A stretch of DNA of 64,000 nt, from the IMG/VR virus record IMGVR_UViG_3300049846_002100, positions 1 through 64,000 of that record; one strand, 5' to 3'. The position numbers and the translations under genes were made by a program. The notes beneath the pieces were generated by a model, which ran no database searches, was not told the origin of the DNA, and saw only the letters and a program-made list of their open reading frames with translations. Source of the stretch: a virus. Of the stretch, positions 57,640 through 64,000 are shown one piece after another (position 1 is the stretch's first letter; each line of letters begins with the position of its first letter).

Positions 57640-57958
57640 ACGTGCCACCGGGACGCAAGATCCGGGGCATCGTACGTGACCTGATCGTCCTCTGAGGTTC
57701 GGAACGGTGTTCGGCGTAGCATGGCCACCCCACGTTGCATGAGTACGATTGCCGTAGAGGACAAACACCACGTCACGTTCCCAAATGACTTCTTCCGGCA
57801 CCCCGTACTTCGGCTTCATCGAGCTTCCCCGCGCTCACGATCTCACCGGCTCGGGCTCTCGGGGTGAAGTGAATGAGGCAATCCTCTGCCGAAGGCATGT
57901 AGAGGATCCGACCGCCGGACCACGTCTCTTCGCCCGTGGGCACAAGAGGCGAAGTCAT
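57640..57958 (-). pseudogene. Frameshifted remnant, possibly ADP-ribosyltransferase-fold; 3' boundary approximate
   Basis: LIHFTPRARAGEIVSAGKL continues in another frame as KPKYGVPEEVIWERDVV. Confidence 0.4.
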
Positions 57959-58755
57959 GGGATGTCCGCGTAGACGATGCAGTCCTCGCTCCAGCGAAGG
58001 CCATCACAGTGAACCTTGCCGGAGGGCTCGATCACGCAGATACCACCCTCCCCGAAGTTGTTGTTGGCCTCTTGGCCGTAGCGGTTTGACACCACGAAGG
58101 TGACCTTATTGTCCTCGGCGAACTCCATCCAGGAGACAGCGGGGAAGCCTCCGTCCCCGAAGTTGGCCGACATGCACACGATGTCCGCATCACCTGGATC
58201 GTAGAAAGAGGACCACTTGTCGTCCTTCTTGTCCCGCACGTCACGACAGATGAGAAGGCCGACCTTGCGTGGCTTCCCGTCGCCGAGGTCCGTGGTCATG
58301 ATCGCCGGGTTGGAGCGCCCCGCGGCAGCCCACAGGTAATCATTGCCCCAACGGTTCACCTTGCGGTACGTCTCGAACATGAGGTTCGGGGCGAGGATGA
58401 CCTGGCTGTTATAGTACGTCTCACTCTGAACTTGTTGCTCGACCATGCCCCACACGATGTGCACGTCGTACTTGAGTACGAGCGCCTGCATGATCCGCAT
58501 CGTTTGACATGGATCCATGGGTGGTGCGAACTTCGTCTGGTGGAAGACGAACGCATCCGGGGTGATCAACTCTCCGAACTTGATCGCGTCATTCAGCCCC
58601 ATGAGAGAGTAGCCAGTCGTCGCCAGCTCGGGGAACACGATGAGCTGAGCCCCTTTACCAGCAGCCTCCTCAACGAACTTGACCATCTTCTGAAGGTTGC
58701 CGCGCTTGTCCCCGAAGACAGGGGCAAACTGCACCGTGGCGATACGCACGCTCAT
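57955..58755 (-). CDS. Carbon-nitrogen hydrolase (nitrilase superfamily)
   Basis: IVFPELA (E), YRK (K), LICRD (C) triad. Confidence 0.9.
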   Translation of the reverse strand: MSVRIATVQFAPVFGDKRGNLQKMVKFVEEAAGKGAQLIVFPELATTGYSLMGLNDAIKFGELITPDAFVFHQTKFAPPMDPCQTMRIMQALVLKYDVHIVWGMVEQQVQSETYYNSQVILAPNLMFETYRKVNRWGNDYLWAAAGRSNPAIMTTDLGDGKPRKVGLLICRDVRDKKDDKWSSFYDPGDADIVCMSANFGDGGFPAVSWMEFAEDNKVTFVVSNRYGQEANNNFGEGGICVIEPSGKVHCDGLRWSEDCIVYADIP

Positions 58756-60476
58756 GCGGCCCTCCCGGCCCAAACAAGGGCTGCCTGTTTGATCACCCAC
58801 CCAACGTCAGAGCCTACGTCGGTTTTGAGCTGATCCAACATAGAACGCTTCGGCCTCTCGGGACGCTCTGCCTTCCGGGTCAGGAACAAGCGAAGCTCGT
58901 CACCAGATGGCCGCTTGCCCGCCTGCCATTCAGCCAACAGGCGCCGGCACAAACGCAGATCCGTAGGGTCGTTCGCATCGAAGTAGCGGAGCGTATCCTC
59001 GACATCGAAGCCAAGGTCTTGGCTCATCCGGTCGAAGAGCTTGGCCTCCCCAAATTTCATGTCCGCGAGGTCATCGACCTCCTTCAAAAGAAGTCGGACA
59101 ACACCAGGGGACTTGACCTCAACAAGGTCCCCAAACTCTTCAATGGCCCTTGCTCCGGTCTCCTCCGGGACGATGAGGCTGTCATCGGCCGCCTGTAGGA
59201 GGGCCGCGACTACACCTTGCTCGTCGGTCACCTTACGCCCAAACGTGGCCTCAACCACCTGCACGAGGGGCTTCCAATCGCCCCTCTGCACGTCGTGTAG
59301 GAAATCTACGACTGCGGACGCCCATCGCGTCCGTTTGTCCGGGAAATTCACCATCTCGGGCTCCGGGAACCGCTTCTTGGGGTCAAGGGCGCCGGTGGGA
59401 AGGCCCGTCGTGCCCACCACCTTCTCCAGGAACCCCTTGCTCGTCGCAGCCTTCTCAAAGTCCGCAAGCAGACGGTCATACCCGTCTCGAATTGCCGCGA
59501 CCCCTGCATCCACCAAGAAGTGGAGGTGATCGTAGCGGTCCGTGAAGGTCAAGTATGGCGCATACTTCTCCCGCGCCTTGGACTTCATGGCGTCGGCTTG
59601 GGCGCGAGCCGTGTCGACGAAGCGTGCACGGTACCCATCAAGATCCTCATATATCCGGACGACGACATCCGAAGGAGCGCGACCCTGAAAAACCTTCGTC
59701 AACGCTGCCCGTATCTCCTGGAGATGGGCCTTGCGCTCGCGGTTGTTGCGGCGAGAGATCACCGCCTTTACCACGTCCATGACGCCGGTGTGATCCGTCA
59801 CTGTTAGCCCATTCTTCTGAGCGATTCGGCGGATGGCCAGACAGCCTTCAAGGGCCTTGTTTCCTGCCTCTTTAGCCGGCGTCCGCATGTCCAGCATGTT
59901 GAGCATGCGGATAGGCTCATTCAACGCGTACATGTGTTGGATGATCGGGAAGTCATCCCCGGTACCAGCCGCTTGGAGGAACTCGCGAATCGCGGCCTCC
60001 AACGCCACCAGCTCATCACCTTCCGACTGTCCGATACCCCTCGTCTTAAGGCCAACCTGACGACGCCGAAGCTCTTTGATCTGGCGGTTGATCAGACTCT
60101 CAAGCGAGGACAGGTCCGTCTTAAAGGATATATGCAGGAAGTTGACGATGCACTCGGAGCCGATCAGAAGGGTCTTCTTTCGACCCTTGTTCAGGATAGG
60201 GAAGTTCCAGGTGATGGGGTGCTTTCCGCATAGTTCGCAGGTAGACCCCTCATCCCGGAAGGGAGCGCCCTTCCGGGACCACTCCTTGATCGCTTCCTTC
60301 AGTTCCTTGCTGACGGACTCGGACAAGAGCTTGTCCTTGATCGTCTGCCAGTAAACTTCGCTCGTGTTCGGCGGCCGGAGCTTTAGCTCTTCCAGGTCCC
60401 GCAGGGCCCTCGCAACCTCGGGGAGGTCGTTGATGGTCGCCCCAAGCGGGCCTCTGGTGGCGCAGATCAGGAACAT
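58752..60476 (-). CDS. Hypothetical protein with N-terminal zinc ribbon (574 aa)
   Basis: CELCG..I...F.I.N...LIGSECI; GAGGAG RBS. Confidence 0.65.
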   Translation of the reverse strand: MFLICATRGPLGATINDLPEVARALRDLEELKLRPPNTSEVYWQTIKDKLLSESVSKELKEAIKEWSRKGAPFRDEGSTCELCGKHPITWNFPILNKGRKKTLLIGSECIVNFLHISFKTDLSSLESLINRQIKELRRRQVGLKTRGIGQSEGDELVALEAAIREFLQAAGTGDDFPIIQHMYALNEPIRMLNMLDMRTPAKEAGNKALEGCLAIRRIAQKNGLTVTDHTGVMDVVKAVISRRNNRERKAHLQEIRAALTKVFQGRAPSDVVVRIYEDLDGYRARFVDTARAQADAMKSKAREKYAPYLTFTDRYDHLHFLVDAGVAAIRDGYDRLLADFEKAATSKGFLEKVVGTTGLPTGALDPKKRFPEPEMVNFPDKRTRWASAVVDFLHDVQRGDWKPLVQVVEATFGRKVTDEQGVVAALLQAADDSLIVPEETGARAIEEFGDLVEVKSPGVVRLLLKEVDDLADMKFGEAKLFDRMSQDLGFDVEDTLRYFDANDPTDLRLCRRLLAEWQAGKRPSGDELRLFLTRKAERPERPKRSMLDQLKTDVGSDVGWVIKQAALVWAGRAA

Positions 60477-60512
60477 TCGCAGCTCTCCTCGTGAGAGAGC
60501 CGCAATAAGTGC

Positions 60513-60902
60513 CTAAACGGTGTCGCTCGGGAACTGCCGGCGCCAGTGCGGGCTTGAAGTACCCCGGAACGTCTTCGGGAGCCGAGCCACGGCCTGCATC
60601 GTCGCATGAGGAACCGGGCCTACTCGACCGTTGGGGAACCGGACCTGGTAGACCTCGTTCGGGGCGATAACTCCTCGCCCCGTGATGAAGATCGAATCCA
60701 AGATCCGCTCGATGTTTGGGATGTCGGCCCGACAACGGGCAAACCGGGTGGTCCCCAAGGTGATCGTATCCAGCACCTCCAAGGTGTTGAACACGATGTT
60801 CGCCGTGCTCGCGGTCTTGAGGATCAGGTTGGCCGCGTCGGTCACCGTCTCCAGATTGCCACGCATTTGCACCCCAAAGTGCACCCATGTCTTCGCTGTC
60901 AT
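60513..60902 (-). CDS. Hypothetical protein
   Basis: ATGA-coupled to thyX. Confidence 0.6.
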   Translation of the reverse strand: MTAKTWVHFGVQMRGNLETVTDAANLILKTASTANIVFNTLEVLDTITLGTTRFARCRADIPNIERILDSIFITGRGVIAPNEVYQVRFPNGRVGPVPHATMQAVARLPKTFRGTSSPHWRRQFPSDTV

Positions 60903-62230
60903 GTCTTCACCACGATGGTTTGAGCGCCTCTCCGAACATCCCAGTCATCCGAGTCCACATCGACGTGGATCGGCACTTCAGGGAGAGCGTCTTGGAACTG
61001 AGCGGCCATCCGATGAATGGCTTGGCGAAGCGTCGCGTGAACCGTCTTCGCCGATCGGATCTCCAGGACGTAGACCGCCGCAGGCAACGCGTACGTCACC
61101 TGGCACGGCATCCTGAATCCTAGCGCCGTGTAGTATTGGCGAACAACAGGGTCATCGGTGACCTGTTCGATCTCGTACGTCTGCTGGACGATGAGATCCA
61201 TCGCTGTCTGCGCCAAGTACGAGGGGAGCTGGTTGATGTACCAGGACTCGAATCCGTATTTCGTCGTGAGCAGCGGCATCCGGCAGACGCCGTTGCGGTG
61301 GCGTTGTATATCACGGAAGGAGCCGAAGTCGAGAAGGAACCGCCAGGTGACCTGGCCGAGCCCTGACATGAAGTGCGGGAGCACGACGCCGCGAGGCCGA
61401 GTTGAGATCAGCTCGGAGAACTTGGCCAGCTCGCTGTGGTCGACAGTCGAGCCGAACTCTGGGCCGTCCGTTGGGAGGTAGGTGCACGTCTCAGCTAGCC
61501 TTCTCTCCCATGCTTCTCGTGCGGCCTGCCCTTCCGTCTTCCTCACACCGGTCACGGACGGGAGGCTCGCGTCGAGACCGCTCGACGGGTACTGCTCGTG
61601 GAGAAGCGATCGCAGTGTGTTGCCGATGCGCCGGATCTCCTCCGAGGGGTGGTTCGTCAGGTGCGTGAGATGGTCCCCGGCCTGACGAAGGTTCGAGTGC
61701 CAGGAGAGCTGCGTGGTGATGCCGGCGGGTAGAAACGCACGCCGGATATCGAACGACCTAGCGTTCACCGCGCGCTCGTAGTTCTCACGCGTCTTCTCTG
61801 TCTTCAAGTCCTCGCTCGTCGGTGGGTACTTTTCCCGGATGAGTTGGACGGTGGGCTCGTGGCTCGCCTTATAGAACTCCATCCATCGACGGAGGATCTC
61901 ACCAGAGCGGGAGGAGCCGACAGGGTCCTCGATCCGTCGCAAGCCCATCTTCACGTACCGAGAGGACGTTTCCTGGCCATTGTACAATGGCCAATCCTGG
62001 ATGGCTTTGGCCGCCAGCATGCTCACGTCTTCGATAAAGATCGTTGTACTCCCACAGTCGGCGATGCTCTTGTGACCATAACCCACGACGAAGTTCTCCA
62101 TGAACTTGCCGGATCCAACCCGTCGAACTTTCTCCAGGTGTGTGTCTACCGACTCCGCGCTCCGCGAGTACAATGCCTGCAACATTGCGACATCTTCAGG
62201 GTTTAGATCATCGATAACTCTGAGCTTCAT
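60899..62230 (-). CDS. thyX: FAD-dependent thymidylate synthase (long, two-domain type)
   Basis: GYGHKSIAD, QETSSRY, RDIQRHR. Confidence 0.88.
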   Translation of the reverse strand: MKLRVIDDLNPEDVAMLQALYSRSAESVDTHLEKVRRVGSGKFMENFVVGYGHKSIADCGSTTIFIEDVSMLAAKAIQDWPLYNGQETSSRYVKMGLRRIEDPVGSSRSGEILRRWMEFYKASHEPTVQLIREKYPPTSEDLKTEKTRENYERAVNARSFDIRRAFLPAGITTQLSWHSNLRQAGDHLTHLTNHPSEEIRRIGNTLRSLLHEQYPSSGLDASLPSVTGVRKTEGQAAREAWERRLAETCTYLPTDGPEFGSTVDHSELAKFSELISTRPRGVVLPHFMSGLGQVTWRFLLDFGSFRDIQRHRNGVCRMPLLTTKYGFESWYINQLPSYLAQTAMDLIVQQTYEIEQVTDDPVVRQYYTALGFRMPCQVTYALPAAVYVLEIRSAKTVHATLRQAIHRMAAQFQDALPEVPIHVDVDSDDWDVRRGAQTIVVKT

Positions 62231-62788
62231 TCAGGCACTCCCGGGGTTAATATGATTGAAAATCTTCCGAATAAGGCTCAAGAACTCATCGTACGAACGA
62301 GAGCCCTTGCAGTTATTACAATCCGTGCAACAAGGCACACAGTTGCTCAGCACGTACCCAATACTGTTGTTTTTACGGTCGATGCCATTAAACCTATATG
62401 ACGTGTAGCCCTTGTTGTTGAAAACGATTGTTCGACTTGGGGCCGCGCCGCAATAATGGCAAGCTGACACAGTCAAACAGTGGAATTCATCCAAGTTCAA
62501 TCGAAAGAAGAGCCCCCGCTTCTTTGCACTGTGGTGGTATCTAGATATTAACGCTTTCATACCGCTTACACCATCCGGCGCCCTGCGGTTCTGATTTGTT
62601 TCTCGACTCCAACACCCACAGGAAACACACCGTCCCGAGCTAAGAGTGGCTGCGCTAACTTGATGTTCGGCCCCACAATCACACAAACATGCCCATCGAG
62701 CGCTACCCCCACGCTCTTTACCAACGCGATTGGTAACCATAAGCCGGCCAAACCGCTGGCCAGTTAGATCAACGAAGCGTCCCATCAC
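62231..62788 (-). mobile_element. HNH homing endonuclease, apparently intact
   Basis: DLTGQRFGRL, WACLCDCG, SCGC, CHYCG, GIDRKNNSIGYVLSNCVPCCTDCNNCK; visibly AT-rich. Confidence 0.88.
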
Positions 62789-62795
62789 GCCCCTT

Positions 62796-63389
62796 TCACT
62801 TCAGGGGACACAAGGCGCGCACCCCGTTGATCACCTCTTGCCAATTCGCGACACGAACGCCGATGTTTTCGGATCGCGTATGGGGGTAATCCCACAGCAT
62901 GCCGGTGCCGTGCGGGTGGTGTTCCAACCACTTCTCGATGTTCAGAGGCTTGTCATCGACGAGCACATCACCCACGACTACATACTTGGCCGCGGTGTGG
63001 ACCGTGTGAGGTATGTCGATCTGAAAGTGCTCGCGAAGCCAGAGTGTTCGTTCATACACCCACGTTTCCGTGTGGTACGGCGAGGTTACGACGTAGACAT
63101 CGCAAAAAGACTGAAGCTCGCGGACTGCCTCGACGGCCCCTTCGGTCGGCTTGATGGACCAACACCATCCTGGCTTTTCCAGCTCTCCGAGGACGGTGTC
63201 TCTGAACTCTGCGGGGATGGCGGCGAATAGGTCCCACGACGAGAAGTCGTGAATGGCCCAAGCCCGCTTCGTGTGGTGTGAGAGTATCTGAAGAAACGGC
63301 GTGGTGAAGTCCCCAAGGACATCATCAACGTCCAGGAGCACCCTCTTCCGAGCCCGACTTCGGACAGTCCTGTGAGTCGCTTGGTGCAT
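62796..63389 (-). CDS. 5'(3')-deoxyribonucleotidase (HAD, NT5C-like)
   Basis: LLDVDDVL, VVTSP, WLREHF, K, LVDDKP. Confidence 0.88.
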   Translation of the reverse strand: MHQATHRTVRSRARKRVLLDVDDVLGDFTTPFLQILSHHTKRAWAIHDFSSWDLFAAIPAEFRDTVLGELEKPGWCWSIKPTEGAVEAVRELQSFCDVYVVTSPYHTETWVYERTLWLREHFQIDIPHTVHTAAKYVVVGDVLVDDKPLNIEKWLEHHPHGTGMLWDYPHTRSENIGVRVANWQEVINGVRALCPLK

Positions 63390-63435
63390 GCATCACTCCA
63401 CGCCCACCGGGAACCTAGGGAGTGATGTCTCTGGT

Positions 63436-63699
63436 TCAGCCGGCGAGCTGAAGGGCTCCTACACCGAGAAAGACGTAACCATGTCGAACACCACACCGCG
63501 ACGACTCACTCGGCGTGAGGTGCCGAAGCAAACCCTCAGTCACGAGGCTTTCCAACAGCTTTTCCGTCTCAGCGAGGGTCGCCCACCATCCAAGGTGCAT
63601 AGCGACAGCACCAATGAGTAACGGCCGGGAGGCATTACGCGCGTACTCCAACACGAGGCGGCGGACTTCATGAGGGGCGGGACGGGTCGTCTTCAACAT
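63436..63699 (-). CDS. Small winged-HTH-like protein
   Basis: GGAGGA RBS; LAETEKLLESLVTEGLL pattern. Confidence 0.5.
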   Translation of the reverse strand: MLKTTRPAPHEVRRLVLEYARNASRPLLIGAVAMHLGWWATLAETEKLLESLVTEGLLRHLTPSESSRCGVRHGYVFLGVGALQLAG

Positions 63700-63955
63700 A
63701 GGCTTCCTCCGACGGCAGAACGTGGTCTGTGGCCGTGGGAAGCTGCCCCACGGCCATTTCGGGAGGTACCGTCTCAAGTGAGTCGAGACGGTACTCCTTA
63801 ATGATCCGTATACCTTCACCGAGGAGGCCAGTGCGGAACGACTCGATGTCGTCGATCGTAGTGTTGAATGTGTTGCAACCCCGCTCCAACACTACCCTTA
63901 TCGAGGGTAGTGTGATCTCACCAGGGGACCACACGACAAACGAGTAGAAGCCCAT
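63668..63955 (-). CDS. Hypothetical protein
   Basis: 95-aa ORF; late-type motif at 63975-63987. Confidence 0.55.
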   Translation of the reverse strand: MGFYSFVVWSPGEITLPSIRVVLERGCNTFNTTIDDIESFRTGLLGEGIRIIKEYRLDSLETVPPEMAVGQLPTATDHVLPSEEAYVEDDPSRPS

Positions 63956-64000
63956 CGGTTCATAACCCTTCCGTCACAAGAGGATTAGTTGAGAAGCTCG

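Noticed and set aside
1686-62788. Group I/II introns or inteins around the HEGs
   Set aside because: The HEGs abut flanking genes with no room for ribozyme cores, the flanking genes are complete, and no intein motifs were seen.

Overview
This is a GC-rich segment of a large (probably jumbo) contractile-tailed phage genome. Bases 1-35.5 kb form a minus-strand tail/baseplate operon: tube, two chaperone-like genes, tape measure, two tube-initiator paralogues (one with an SLT domain), hub, spike, a 2014-aa structural protein, and gp25-, gpJ/gp6- and gpI-like wedge genes. Bases 35.5-64 kb are a mixed-strand accessory region with HU, an H1-like protein, an HD hydrolase, an NDT-like/NUDIX fusion, dNMP kinase, a zeta-like kinase, several peptidoglycan hydrolases, a lipoprotein PLD nuclease, a nucleotidyltransferase, an Acb1-like 2H enzyme, a papain-family protease, a nitrilase, ThyX and a HAD nucleotidase. 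Nine free-standing homing endonuclease genes (HEGs) range from intact to relic. The main observation is that at least four HEGs contain a degenerate copy of the N- or C-terminus of the neighbouring gene, while the working gene has a recoded, AT-richer terminus. This suggests that the HEG captures a gene end and supplies a replacement. Other observations are two promoter-like motifs (GGTGTA-N10-ATG and TAAnCCTYTTRTC), a ~103-nt rod-like RNA after the tube gene, two genes sharing one CATG start, and a shared C-terminal motif in unrelated proteins. All product calls come from motifs read by eye; no database searches were run. The host is uncertain (Myxococcota is a weak inference).
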